In this document: positions 1 through 10,030 of the stretch, one piece after another
Layout: the number at the start of each line of letters is the position of its first letter
How positions within the stretch are numbered: the stretch's first letter is position 1
IMG/VR virus record: IMGVR_UViG_3300024262_006558
Location: 324,595 to 388,594 of that record
Direction: 5' to 3' (one strand)
DNA length: 64,000 bases
Position numbers and translations under genes: made by a program
The notes under the pieces: generated by a model
Database searches by the model: none
The model's input: only the letters and a program-made list of their open reading frames with translations
What the model was told of the DNA's origin: nothing

Positions 1-138
1 CCCCTGAGTTACTTTTACCTTCTTTATTCTATCCGTTGACATAATTTATAATTGTTATTTAACAAAGTTAAACAATAAATGGTGAATCCCAAAAAGAAGT
101 TCACCATTTATTTCATCAATGTTATATGTTGTTAATCA

Positions 139-1398
139 TCATTCAAGAAAAATTCTTCTTTTAATGTTGTGGTTTTTAGGAAGAGACTTTATCCCAGTGT
201 CTCTTGCATAAAAATGAGTATTAACATATAAGCTTTCAGGGACTTCTGTTATACGGTTATTATTCGAAACATATAAGTTTCCACCTATAACGCTGTTAGC
301 GGGTAACCTCGAAAGGTTGCAACCTATCATCTTACAAGTGCCTCCTATTTTTATATTATCTGGCAGTTCTTTTAAATTACTGCAGTAATCAGCTAACAAC
401 ATTTTACCTACTTCAAGATATCCTGTTATTGATTCCACAGAGCTACCCTTTAATATTAAATCACCAGTAACCTTCAAATTATGAATTCTCTTAATATTTT
501 GAGCTCCTCCTAATTTTAAATCACCATCTATTTCTAAACCTGGAGTTAAATCTTCTATTTGAATTTTAGTTAAATCAAGGTCTCCGCTGATCTTTTTATT
601 TTCATCTTCTATTGGAAGATTGAATAAAAGTCTCATAGTAAAAGCTTGCGTATCTTTGATATTATCAATGATAGCTAATAAAATGTCTTGGTTTTTCTTT
701 AAAAAAGCCATTTCATCTATTCTATCATCAGTAGCATCCATGAATTGAGATGTCTCATAGTGAAACTGATGCTTATAAGTCTTCTTATCCTTATCATGTT
801 TATTTATGATAATTATTAAAGGACCTTGTCTATTGTAATAATCAAAATTAGATGCGCCTTTAGTTGCTGTACACCACCTAGTTCCTTTTCCATAAAGGAC
901 AGCAGCTTCTTGAGTAGTTGGCATTAATACTAACCACTCTTCATTGTCTAGCCAGACCTCAGCGCCTTCTTTAGCTACTTTATCAGCCTGACTTTGACTT
1001 ACAAATTCATCTTCTTTTCTAATTTTAGAAAGAGACTGATACAAATCTTGAAGTGATTTGTAATTTTTTATATTTCTTTTGTCTACAGGTAATTTAGAGT
1101 GATGTTTAAATAAAAAACCAAGGTCGTCTTTAGCTTTCTCTAAATCTTCAACCATTAATCTTTGAGCATCGTCTTTATTATCTAAAAACCTAAACAACAT
1201 CCACTCTAAATATTGAGAGTTGGGAGTTGGATCTGAATTAACAAAAGAGACAAATATGTCTTCAGGAGTTGGTTCAGTAAGATTACCTTTAAATTTATCA
1301 TCAGATAAAGACAGTTGAAGTTGAGCCTCCTTTAAAAAGGGGCTCGACTCAATCTTTGGTATAAACTTTTCTTTTAGAAAATGGATTCTATTTGACAT
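139..1398 (-). CDS. Hypothetical jumbo-phage protein, GTxWCTA motif plus C-terminal LRR-like/beta-solenoid repeats (paralog of next gene)
   Basis: 419 aa; YGKGTRWCTA; C-terminal LxxLPxNxxIxGxL repeats. Confidence 0.6.
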   Translation of the reverse strand: MSNRIHFLKEKFIPKIESSPFLKEAQLQLSLSDDKFKGNLTEPTPEDIFVSFVNSDPTPNSQYLEWMLFRFLDNKDDAQRLMVEDLEKAKDDLGFLFKHHSKLPVDKRNIKNYKSLQDLYQSLSKIRKEDEFVSQSQADKVAKEGAEVWLDNEEWLVLMPTTQEAAVLYGKGTRWCTATKGASNFDYYNRQGPLIIIINKHDKDKKTYKHQFHYETSQFMDATDDRIDEMAFLKKNQDILLAIIDNIKDTQAFTMRLLFNLPIEDENKKISGDLDLTKIQIEDLTPGLEIDGDLKLGGAQNIKRIHNLKVTGDLILKGSSVESITGYLEVGKMLLADYCSNLKELPDNIKIGGTCKMIGCNLSRLPANSVIGGNLYVSNNNRITEVPESLYVNTHFYARDTGIKSLPKNHNIKRRIFLE

Positions 1399-2834
1399 TA
1401 TTTTATCATTTTTCTCATTCCAGCAATTAACTCTTGATTTTTAATATCTCCTCCGATATATCTAATCTTAACATCTCTGTTAACTATCTTTAATCCATGA
1501 AGATAAAGATGGTTACCAACGCTTATATCTGGCTCTATGCGAGTGATATCGGTATTAGAAAGGTAAAGGTTTGCGCCTACTTCTAATCCTTTAGGTATAA
1601 CTTTTAATTTACTACCAACAAGCGTTATACTTCCTTTAACTGTGGTATTTTCTGGAAGGCTTTCTAATTTACAATATTTACCTTTAATAGATCTGCCAAC
1701 ATATAATGATCCAGTAATATGTGTAATTTCAGAACCTTCAAGAATTAACTCTTTTTCAACGTAAAGATTGTCTATACTAGTAGCTTTACATCCTCTAAAA
1801 TCACAATTACCTCTAACTGTCAAACCACTTGGTATCTCTACCATTTCAAGTTCAGACATAGTCAAATCTTGATCTATGATTTTATCTTCTGGAGTTAAAT
1901 TCTTGTTAAATTTAAACCTTAGTTTCAAACCATACGGAGTGCTTAACTTAGTAAAAACATCCAACAACTCTGGGTGTTGATATAACCATTCATCAACATC
2001 TCCAACACTTCTGTTTTGAGCGTTTTGGAACTGACCTGTCTCCCAGTGAAATTGAAACTTGTGATTGACTTGATCTTCTCTAGGGTCAGCATGTTTATCA
2101 ATCATAATATACAATCTTGATCCTGGGTACCTATCTTGAGTGTATGTCTTGAAATAGTTGCTACCATGCATGGATGCAGTACACCAAGTCGTACCCTTAC
2201 CATAAAGTATAGCCGCTTCTTTTGTTAAAGGAACAATGATTTTCCATCTATCTGAATCCAATAACACTTCCGCATCTTTTAACTTCTGAACTTTTAACAA
2301 TTGAGTATTAGACATCAGTTCTTCCTCTGAAAGATTTCTATAAGGAAGAACTGTGTTAAATAAATCATCAATATTTTTATAGTTCTTGATGTTTCTCTTT
2401 TTCTCGTCGAGTCTGTGCTTACACTTATCGAAAAGTAAAAGATACTCATGCATTCTTCCCATGTCTTCCATTAAAAATCTACCTTTTGCATAGATAGTTA
2501 ATACCCATTCAGAGTATTGCTTATTAGTGGAAGGATCAAGATCAACAATTTCTAAAAACGCAGACTTCTTTATAGACTCATCGTATAGCTTACGTTTTTT
2601 CTCATCAAAGTCTTCATCATTTTCTGGTATAGAAATCTTTCTACCGATATATCTATCAGAAAGAAATTCAACTCTACTTTTCTTCTGCTTTTTAACTTTT
2701 TTCTGTTGAGGTTTTTCTTCCTGTTTAGATATAGTATGACCCACTACTTTATCAGTAGTTTCTTTTACCTTTGCTTCTACTGCTTTCTTTGCAGTATTTT
2801 CTCTTTTGGATCTTCCCCAATTAATTTTGCTCAT
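1398..2834 (-). CDS. Hypothetical jumbo-phage protein, GTxWCTA motif plus LRR-like repeats
   Basis: 478 aa; YGKGTTWCTA, DPSTNKQYSEW and KFQFHWET blocks shared with 139..1398. Confidence 0.6.
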   Translation of the reverse strand: MSKINWGRSKRENTAKKAVEAKVKETTDKVVGHTISKQEEKPQQKKVKKQKKSRVEFLSDRYIGRKISIPENDEDFDEKKRKLYDESIKKSAFLEIVDLDPSTNKQYSEWVLTIYAKGRFLMEDMGRMHEYLLLFDKCKHRLDEKKRNIKNYKNIDDLFNTVLPYRNLSEEELMSNTQLLKVQKLKDAEVLLDSDRWKIIVPLTKEAAILYGKGTTWCTASMHGSNYFKTYTQDRYPGSRLYIMIDKHADPREDQVNHKFQFHWETGQFQNAQNRSVGDVDEWLYQHPELLDVFTKLSTPYGLKLRFKFNKNLTPEDKIIDQDLTMSELEMVEIPSGLTVRGNCDFRGCKATSIDNLYVEKELILEGSEITHITGSLYVGRSIKGKYCKLESLPENTTVKGSITLVGSKLKVIPKGLEVGANLYLSNTDITRIEPDISVGNHLYLHGLKIVNRDVKIRYIGGDIKNQELIAGMRKMIK

Positions 2835-2989
2835 GATAAAAACGCTTTTGGTCTAGGTTCAACTTTAGGTTTGGTTGGCCTAAAAGGTGATCTTCCAGGC
2901 TTTTTCCCTGGACTCGTGTTCGGCTTCGTACTAGGTTTAGTAGGAGTCGGCGCAGGAGCGGGAGAAGGATGATTAACAACGTATTTCAT
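2831..2989 (-). CDS. Pro/Lys/Thr-rich micro-protein (52 aa), missed by ORF track
   Basis: MKYVVNHPSPAPAPTPTKPSTKPNTSPGKKPGRSPFRPTKPKVEPRPKAFLS*; TGA overlaps next ATG (ATGA). Confidence 0.7.
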   Translation of the reverse strand: MKYVVNHPSPAPAPTPTKPSTKPNTSPGKKPGRSPFRPTKPKVEPRPKAFLS

Positions 2990-3033
2990 ATGTTAAAATT
3001 ACTGTTTTTATTTCAATTAGACAAGCTTTTGTG

Positions 3034-4554
3034 TTATTTTGTCTTTTTAATTTCTTCGATTCTATTTTTGCACTTACCTGCTAGTGAATAATCTTCATCA
3101 GCAATAGCTTGTTCTTGTAGAGTTGCAAGCTCATCCACAGTAAGTGTATCAAAGTCTTTGGAAGATAAATCCTCTTCGTGACTAAAGTCTCCACCACCTA
3201 TATCTGTTCCAGTAGGCAAAATTTCAGGTATGACACTTTCAGGTTCATACACATCTTCCTCTTCATCTTCACTAGCTTGAAGCTCTTCCATATATTCTTG
3301 AATTGCGGATACAGCTTTATCTTTGTCATGAACTATGTACACACACATTTCAGCTAATTCTTCATATGGCAATGAACATAAAAACTCTAGTGTTTCTGGA
3401 ATTTCTACCTCATCATTTAAATCTGTATTGTCAGATTTAAATTCTTCATTTATTTTGTTGACCACAGTTACCATATCAGACCAAAGTGTTGGCGCTAAGA
3501 AATAGAACCAAGGCTCTAATACATAGTCATCACTTATCTGGTAGTACAATTGTAGTTCTTTAACAGAGAAGTCTGTAGGTATAGCATGGTAAGAAATCAA
3601 TTCAACTACTCCTTTGGAAAGCTCATGAAGTAATACAGGGAAGTTCATTCCAACACCAGTTACTACTGGCACTTCTTCATCCTCATTATCTTCTGGACGT
3701 TCATCCTCATTACAATCCTCATTACAATCCTTTTGTTTGAAGCCTACTTTATTCCAACCTTGATTGACAGCTTGATTGCTTTCAATCATTTGCCTCATCT
3801 GTTCAGCAGGGAACATCCACATAAGAAATGAAACCAATGCCGCATATTTGTCATACCACTCAATTAATTGAGGATTTAACGCATTCAAACGCTCTTGCGC
3901 AATATAGTAAGAGCTTTTCCAAATATGTATAGCTGAACCATGAGCAAACCCATTCATGATAAGTCTTTTTTGAGCCTCTTCACGAACATAAGCCTCTCTC
4001 TCTGGAGATATTGGAGCATCAGGATCTTCTTGTACCTGATCTTCAATTGGAGCTTCTGAGCCCATCTCTGGAGCTTCTGATCCCATGTCAGGCATGTCTC
4101 TTTTAAAATCTGGTATTTCTTCTGAGTTTCTAGAATCGAAACCATTATTGCCTGGAGGCAAAATGTCTGGATTGAATTCTACATCTTCAGGCTCAATTCC
4201 ATAGATTTCTCTTACAACATCCTGAGAAAGAGCTAGCAACTCGTCTTTTATTGGCGCCTCTAAACGCTGTAATTCTTGATTAGCTCTCATCCACTCCATC
4301 ATTAATGGATTGAAAAAGTTTTCAGGAGTTAGGTTAGGCATGTTTGGTAATAATCGATTTTCAAATAACCTTAAACATCTTTGCCACTCTTTGTCAGCAT
4401 TATGTTGCGGACAAAAACCAAAAAACAAATTGTCAGAAATAGGAAATTGTCTATTATCTATTGCGCTTATAATACTTTGGTCTGGAGAATAATTTCCTCT
4501 ACCTGCTAATTGTCTAAAAGTTCTTACTTCTCTTATAATGTCTCTAGTATTCAT
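3034..4554 (-). CDS. Conserved jumbo-phage hypothetical protein with C-terminal UVR (UvrB/UvrC) motif
   Basis: 506 aa; KRLIMNGFAHG and FPVLLHELSKG blocks; C-term LQEQAIADEDYSLAGKCKNRIEE. Confidence 0.6.
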   Translation of the reverse strand: MNTRDIIREVRTFRQLAGRGNYSPDQSIISAIDNRQFPISDNLFFGFCPQHNADKEWQRCLRLFENRLLPNMPNLTPENFFNPLMMEWMRANQELQRLEAPIKDELLALSQDVVREIYGIEPEDVEFNPDILPPGNNGFDSRNSEEIPDFKRDMPDMGSEAPEMGSEAPIEDQVQEDPDAPISPEREAYVREEAQKRLIMNGFAHGSAIHIWKSSYYIAQERLNALNPQLIEWYDKYAALVSFLMWMFPAEQMRQMIESNQAVNQGWNKVGFKQKDCNEDCNEDERPEDNEDEEVPVVTGVGMNFPVLLHELSKGVVELISYHAIPTDFSVKELQLYYQISDDYVLEPWFYFLAPTLWSDMVTVVNKINEEFKSDNTDLNDEVEIPETLEFLCSLPYEELAEMCVYIVHDKDKAVSAIQEYMEELQASEDEEEDVYEPESVIPEILPTGTDIGGGDFSHEEDLSSKDFDTLTVDELATLQEQAIADEDYSLAGKCKNRIEEIKKTK

Positions 4555-4985
4555 AATTCGTTGTTCTTTTTATTTATCATGTCTCTATACTTTGCCGCTT
4601 CTAAATAACTTTCTTCCTTTGCAGATTTAATCATTAAATATTTCATTTCTCTAATTGATAGGTCTTCTATGTTTCCATGCTTTGGTTTGGTAAATGTATC
4701 AGACAACTCTTCAAAAACAGTTACTGGCCATCCATCATTTAAATCCAACTCTTCGGTTAATACATCTATAAACTTGGTAGGCAACTTTTCTTCACCAAAA
4801 TTATCAATTATGAAACTGATATACACTTTATCTTTTTCTTGAGTGCAAAGTATATAGTTTTCATCTGAAAAAAACAAGATAAACCTATTGTATTTGTCTA
4901 CCACGTCTTTTTCAGCGTATATAATCAAACCAAGTTCTTCGATTCGATTAATCAACTCACCATATTTCTTTTTTCTATTAAGCAT
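4551..4985 (-). CDS. Hypothetical protein with C-terminal UVR motif
   Basis: MIKSAKEESYLEAAKYRDMI. Confidence 0.6.
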   Translation of the reverse strand: MLNRKKKYGELINRIEELGLIIYAEKDVVDKYNRFILFFSDENYILCTQEKDKVYISFIIDNFGEEKLPTKFIDVLTEELDLNDGWPVTVFEELSDTFTKPKHGNIEDLSIREMKYLMIKSAKEESYLEAAKYRDMINKKNNEL

Positions 4986-5967
4986 TAATTAAGCTAAATA
5001 AGAAGTTTACGTAGTTTTCCATATTGTCTTTGTCAGCTCTAAAAACATCAGCAGGAGAATGGCACACAGACCAAGTTCCTGGGAATCCTAAAGACGCCTC
5101 TTCTGTAGGTAATATACCAAAACATACAGCTTGAGGAATTCCACTTGATCTATAATACATAGCATCACTTGGAGGGCAACGCTTCTCCACTATATTTTCA
5201 TCATACTCTCTAGCCTTTTCCATATAAACCACAGATTCTAAAGTATCTACTGATTCCATCCAAATAGATTCTCCAATAGCTGTTAATTCAGAGTTGGCAA
5301 TGAAAACAACCTCTCCATATTTACCATCTTTTATTTTAGTAGCGTTATGAGACGCTCCTCTTCCTCCTGTTTCTTCACAGTCTAAGAATATGATATACAC
5401 ATTTTTAGTTAAATCTGGTTGTTCTTGCTTTAATTTTCTAGCAAGGTCTAACAAATTAGCTACAGAAGCTCCATTATCTTGACAATTGTCAGAATCAGGC
5501 CTTACAATATCGTGATGAGCAGTAAATATGATTGATTCATCAGTTGGTTCACTAGCTTCAAACTTAACCACAATGTTGTGATAAGTAGGTACAATATCAT
5601 GAATTATACCTTGCTCTAGTAACTCTTCTGCATTGAAATTGAAGTTGAAATTACCATCTTCTTCAGTCATCTCAAATGTAGCTTTAGCACGATCAACAAA
5701 AGAAAGATTATCAATTGCTCTAAACACTTCTTGAAACATTAAAGCTTTATCATTAGACTCTCGTTCATCGCTGAAAGATTCTAATTCATAGTCTAATTTT
5801 AAGAAATCCAAAACTTCTATTATGAATTTTGCTCTCGGAGTTATATTAAGAACCCCTGAACGGGATCCTTTATAATTCCTAACGCTACATAACTGTTCTA
5901 GAACATCAACAGCTTCGAAAAGCTTTTCTTGTGATGTATTATTTTCTGCCGTTGCTGTTACGCTCAT
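4978..5967 (-). CDS. M28-family zinc peptidase
   Basis: AHHD, DNGASV, DCEE, SD, HSPAD metal-binding motifs. Confidence 0.8.
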   Translation of the reverse strand: MSVTATAENNTSQEKLFEAVDVLEQLCSVRNYKGSRSGVLNITPRAKFIIEVLDFLKLDYELESFSDERESNDKALMFQEVFRAIDNLSFVDRAKATFEMTEEDGNFNFNFNAEELLEQGIIHDIVPTYHNIVVKFEASEPTDESIIFTAHHDIVRPDSDNCQDNGASVANLLDLARKLKQEQPDLTKNVYIIFLDCEETGGRGASHNATKIKDGKYGEVVFIANSELTAIGESIWMESVDTLESVVYMEKAREYDENIVEKRCPPSDAMYYRSSGIPQAVCFGILPTEEASLGFPGTWSVCHSPADVFRADKDNMENYVNFLFSLINA

Positions 5968-5979
5968 ATTTTTAAATTT

Positions 5980-7071
5980 TTAGTCCTCCACAAAAGGAGT
6001 GTTATAAGTTGGTCTCATTTCAGACCATAAAGCACGTTTTACCGATGTTTCAGATCCATATTTCAAAGATAAGAACAAAGATGCGTCTTTCTTACTAATT
6101 TTCCTAGCGTTTATAGCAAAATCTTTTCTATCAATCTTTCCTTCAGATATCATTTTGTCATTAAAAGCTTTAAAATCAGACTTTACCACTGCTAATCTTT
6201 TTTCATATTCTTTATCGAAATCATCGAGAGTCTTATGTATCCAGTCATAAAACTCATCAGGGACCTTGTCTAATATATCATCTAAAGTAAACTTCCATTC
6301 AGGATAATATTCTGGAGCAATTTCAAACATTCTCATTCTCCAAAGGTCCAAATTTGAAATTCCAGTCATTACTCTGTGAAGTCTTACATACTCGTCAAAC
6401 TTCACCTTCAATCTAAACCCGTTCTTAAAAAGAACAACAAATCCTTCTTCATTCTCCACCTCTAAAGCTTCCAACTCTTTGATATCCTTGATACCATCGT
6501 GCTTTTTCGCTATTGGCATACCAATATCCTCTAAAGGTAAGTCTTTACCTGTATCGGTATCTAAAACAGCTAATAGAACTAATTGCCTTTTACCTCTATA
6601 GTCCACAACTATTCTATTATTTGGATAGATTATCTCAAAAATGTAAGTCTTATCTATATTTTCCAATATAGATTTAGATGCGCTTGGATATAGCTCATCC
6701 AACATCTTAGACGCTTCTACAGCCTGGTCTGATGTGAATGATCCTCTAGAGGCCGCGTAAACCTTACCATTTAATACATAAGAAACCCCATAAGATCCAT
6801 CCATCTTAGTGAATACATCAAATGATTCATTAGGTATTTCTTCAGGCTTATGCTGTGACAGGTTAAAGAATTTAGGAAGACATTGAGATACAACTTCCCC
6901 GTTACCATTAAGTATTAAGCCGCGACATGATAATGTAACCTCATTCCAATAATCCTCAAACTGAGCCTTCTTAGAATAATTGTAAATATACAGATCAGCG
7001 CTAGGGTGTTTTTGTGACATCACATAACCCTCTTTGATCATTTCTTCAAAAAGCTCTTTATTAAATACCAT
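5980..7071 (-). CDS. T4 Rnl1-like RNA ligase
   Basis: CRGLI, PKFFN, KMDGS adenylation motif, ASRGSF, FEII, EGFV, RLKVK. Confidence 0.88.
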   Translation of the reverse strand: MVFNKELFEEMIKEGYVMSQKHPSADLYIYNYSKKAQFEDYWNEVTLSCRGLILNGNGEVVSQCLPKFFNLSQHKPEEIPNESFDVFTKMDGSYGVSYVLNGKVYAASRGSFTSDQAVEASKMLDELYPSASKSILENIDKTYIFEIIYPNNRIVVDYRGKRQLVLLAVLDTDTGKDLPLEDIGMPIAKKHDGIKDIKELEALEVENEEGFVVLFKNGFRLKVKFDEYVRLHRVMTGISNLDLWRMRMFEIAPEYYPEWKFTLDDILDKVPDEFYDWIHKTLDDFDKEYEKRLAVVKSDFKAFNDKMISEGKIDRKDFAINARKISKKDASLFLSLKYGSETSVKRALWSEMRPTYNTPFVED

Positions 7072-7125
7072 TATTTCTAAAATTAAATTTAGACAAATGT
7101 AATTAATAAAAGAAGATTTAAAAAA

Positions 7126-7407
7126 TTAAATTGGTTTTATTTCAGATAAACCAATTAATTCTACAATTTCTTCTTCCTCTTCATATTCATATTGAATATA
7201 TCCATTTTTAACTTCAGTAATTTCAATTGTATTACCCTTTTTGATTCCTATTACAAACCCATTTCCGCTTGCTATTTTTCGGATAGCAATTTCCTCCTTT
7301 GAATCTTCAAGAGATTCATTTATCTCTTTATGCCACTTTTTTATTGATGAATCGCTTACTTGTGAACCATCTTCAAACGAATACATGTTATCTAATTTAG
7401 CTTTCAT
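7126..7407 (-). CDS. Hypothetical protein (start probably MKAKLDN)
   Basis: 3' part of ORF 7126..7521; this start gives an 11-nt overlap with the upstream gene. Confidence 0.55.
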   Translation of the reverse strand: MKAKLDNMYSFEDGSQVSDSSIKKWHKEINESLEDSKEEIAIRKIASGNGFVIGIKKGNTIEITEVKNGYIQYEYEEEEEIVELIGLSEIKPI

Positions 7408-7636
7408 CTTTTGTTTTTTTATCACATATTCTTTTGTAAGTAATATTACTTTCTTCATGAAACTTGTCAGAAGAAACTGGAGTGAACTCATGAGGCATTT
7501 CTCCATAAGGAATTTCTTCATCCAACTCTACCACTCCTACAATCTGAAGTATTTGATGAAATCTCAAATCAGGATGTTCTTCTACTAAAATAGTAATTTC
7601 TTCTAATATTTTCTTATTATAACCTTGTCTGCTCAT
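7397..7636 (-). CDS. Hypothetical protein
   Basis: 79 aa, HPDLRFHQIL. Confidence 0.6.
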   Translation of the reverse strand: MSRQGYNKKILEEITILVEEHPDLRFHQILQIVGVVELDEEIPYGEMPHEFTPVSSDKFHEESNITYKRICDKKTKDES

Positions 7637-7652
7637 ATGTATAATGATTAAA

Positions 7653-7681
7653 TCCCATTGCTATTAACAATGGGCTTTATT
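7653..7681 (-). terminator. Rho-independent terminator after PheRS gene
   Basis: cccattg...caatggg hairpin flanked by A/T tracts. Confidence 0.5.
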
Positions 7682-8791
7682 TTATCTTACTTCTACCCCT
7701 AAATTGTCAGTAATAGAATTTTCTATCCTATTATGAATCTCATTTATTTCATCATCTGTTAAAGTTCTGTTTGGAGATCTATATACCAATGAATAACAAA
7801 GAGAGGTTCTATTCGTCTTAGGGTTTGTGAATTTATCAGATAAACTGATAGATTCAATCAAATCATCTCCTTCAGCTCTAGAAATTTCCATGAATTCATT
7901 CTCATGGAATCCTTCAGGAGTCCAGAAAGATATATCTCTATTAACTGGAGGGTATTTAGAATATTCTTTGAACTCAACTACTTGACCTGATGCGAATTGC
8001 TTCAAGAATCTTTCGTCTTCAGTCCAAAAATATCTAATATCCTTTATGTTGAATAAAATCATAGCAAGCCTTTCAAGCCCTAGGCCGAAAGCCCAAGCTT
8101 GTTTACCACCTAACCCAATAGAGGACATTATATCTGGCTCTACAGTTCCACCTCCTAATACTTCTACCCATTTATCTTCTCCACCCATATTGAATAGCAC
8201 CTCTATTTCAGTTGAATCATAGGTGAATGGGAATTCTGTTTCTGGATCGAACTTTTCTTTCTCATATTCTTCTGCAGACAACTCTGCTTTAATAGAATCA
8301 TCAAATTCTTTATTATCTTTGAATCTATATTGTTGTCCAGGGAAAAGTGTCTCCACCATTTTAGACATCCAATGCCTTAATTCTTGAGCTGGATCTTTAT
8401 CAGCAAGACAGAACCCGTCAATCTGATGGAATACTGGAGCGTGCGTAGCGTCTACGGTGTCTTTACGGTAAACATCTCCAGTAACTAAATATTTAGTGTG
8501 ACCTGATTTTACCAAAGGTACTAAGTGAGCAGTCATTTGAGTACGAAGAACCGTTTCTTCATCTTCATAGTAAGTATCTGTAATAGCTCTTGCAGGATGG
8601 TCTTTAGGAACCAGTAACATGTCGAAGCAATGAGCTGCAGGAACTTTAGGTTCTAACCCTTCAATTTTCTCGAACCCTTCAAATACTTCGTAAATTTTTC
8701 TTTTAACAATCTCTAATGGATGGTTCTTTTGTTGGTAGAGATTTCTACCTAGTTTTTGCTTAATAGCATCTGTGATGTTGTTCATACTCAA
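7682..8791 (-). CDS. Phenylalanyl-tRNA synthetase, monomeric mitochondrial (FARS2)-like alpha plus FDX-ACB chimera
   Basis: DHPARAITDTYY, LRTQMTAH, GDVYRKDTVDATHAPVFHQ, FPFT, EVLGGG, AFGLGLERLAM, then YPPVNRDISFW anticodon-binding domain. Confidence 0.92.
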   Translation of the reverse strand: MSMNNITDAIKQKLGRNLYQQKNHPLEIVKRKIYEVFEGFEKIEGLEPKVPAAHCFDMLLVPKDHPARAITDTYYEDEETVLRTQMTAHLVPLVKSGHTKYLVTGDVYRKDTVDATHAPVFHQIDGFCLADKDPAQELRHWMSKMVETLFPGQQYRFKDNKEFDDSIKAELSAEEYEKEKFDPETEFPFTYDSTEIEVLFNMGGEDKWVEVLGGGTVEPDIMSSIGLGGKQAWAFGLGLERLAMILFNIKDIRYFWTEDERFLKQFASGQVVEFKEYSKYPPVNRDISFWTPEGFHENEFMEISRAEGDDLIESISLSDKFTNPKTNRTSLCYSLVYRSPNRTLTDDEINEIHNRIENSITDNLGVEVR

Positions 8792-8831
8792 TTGCTTTTA
8801 TTATGTATATCAAGAACAACAAATATATGGC

Positions 8832-9599
8832 TTATTTTTTTCTTCTGCTAGTTTTTCTAGTAGTTTTTTTAACAGTTTTCTTATTTTTATTCTTTTCTAA
8901 TTCAAGGTGAGGATACTGAGGTTTATACCTTCTAGAACTACCTCCTGAATTTCTTAGATCATATGGAGCATAATCTCTATTACGTACTATATCCTCTATA
9001 TGTTGTTTCTGAAGTTTACTAGGTTTTTCAGATAGGTTTTGTTGATATCTATCTATTGCTTCATCAAGCATCGCTTGATAAGCTCTTACGATTGGAGTTA
9101 TTGGATAATTAGTAGGATCTTTAACTGGATCCTTTTTGACAACTATCACCTTTTCTTTTTTAACAACCTTTGTAGAAATTACCTTTTTGACAGGCTTAGG
9201 CTTTAAAGCTACAGATGGCTTTTTAGGAGCGCTTGGTTTTTGAGCTACAGTTTTAGGTTTTACCGCTGTGCTAACTGGCTTCTTTGGAGCAACTGGTTTT
9301 GCTGTTACATTTTTAGATTTAGTTACTGTAGGTTTTTTGGGAGCAGCTGGTTTCTTAGTTACCGACTTAGTTACTGTAGGTTTTTTGGGAGCAGCTGGTT
9401 TTGCTGTTTTAGTTCTAACTGGCTTCTTTGGAGCAGTTGGTTTCTTAGTTACCGACTTAGTTACTTGTTTAGATTTAACAACAACAGCGGCTTTTTTAGG
9501 AGCCGCTGTTTTTTTTGGTGTAACTGGTTTTTTTACAGCAGGTTTCTTTGGAGCTGCAGGTTTCTTATTTACTGTTTTAGCTGTTATTTTCTTAGCCAT
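8832..9599 (-). CDS. Lys/Ala/Pro-rich histone H1-like basic protein
   Basis: Repeated KKPAAPKKPxVTKSVT; start probably MAKK at 9599. Confidence 0.65.
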   Translation of the reverse strand: MAKKITAKTVNKKPAAPKKPAVKKPVTPKKTAAPKKAAVVVKSKQVTKSVTKKPTAPKKPVRTKTAKPAAPKKPTVTKSVTKKPAAPKKPTVTKSKNVTAKPVAPKKPVSTAVKPKTVAQKPSAPKKPSVALKPKPVKKVISTKVVKKEKVIVVKKDPVKDPTNYPITPIVRAYQAMLDEAIDRYQQNLSEKPSKLQKQHIEDIVRNRDYAPYDLRNSGGSSRRYKPQYPHLELEKNKNKKTVKKTTRKTSRRKK

Positions 9600-9625
9600 A
9601 TAGTAATATAACACTTGCCATGACC

Positions 9626-10030
9626 TTATTTCAAGACTTTTTTAACATTTAAAGAATCTAAACAACATTTTTGAGGTTTAGTATAAACTCTGAATGTAAC
9701 ATATTCTAAACCATCTTCATCAAGTTCTATTTCAACATATTTACAAATACCTCTTATGCATACATTATGATAAATTAAGGTGCAATCATTTGGACCAGTC
9801 CAATCTTCAGTATTAGGTGCTCTTCCCATAATTTCCACTACTTCATTATAACTAAGTCCTCTCTTGTTTAAAGAAAAAGCAAGTTCTCCTTCTTCATAAG
9901 GAGTGTAATCGGAATCAATTCCTATTAATTTTTCAGCTTTATAATGAGGTAGTTTATTGTCATTACATGAAAACCCAAACAACACACCTATCATTAAACC
10001 AATTATTGCAATTACTGTTCTTTGAGCCAT
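9626..10030 (-). CDS. Putative lipoprotein
   Basis: Hydrophobic signal ending FGFSC; GLSYNEVVEIMGRAP resembles SmpA/OmlA-type fold. Confidence 0.5.
   Translation of the reverse strand: MAQRTVIAIIGLMIGVLFGFSCNDNKLPHYKAEKLIGIDSDYTPYEEGELAFSLNKRGLSYNEVVEIMGRAPNTEDWTGPNDCTLIYHNVCIRGICKYVEIELDEDGLEYVTFRVYTKPQKCCLDSLNVKKVLK

Noticed and set aside
9240-9611. Plus-strand ORFs opposite the histone-like gene
   Set aside because: Antisense shadows of a low-complexity repeat.
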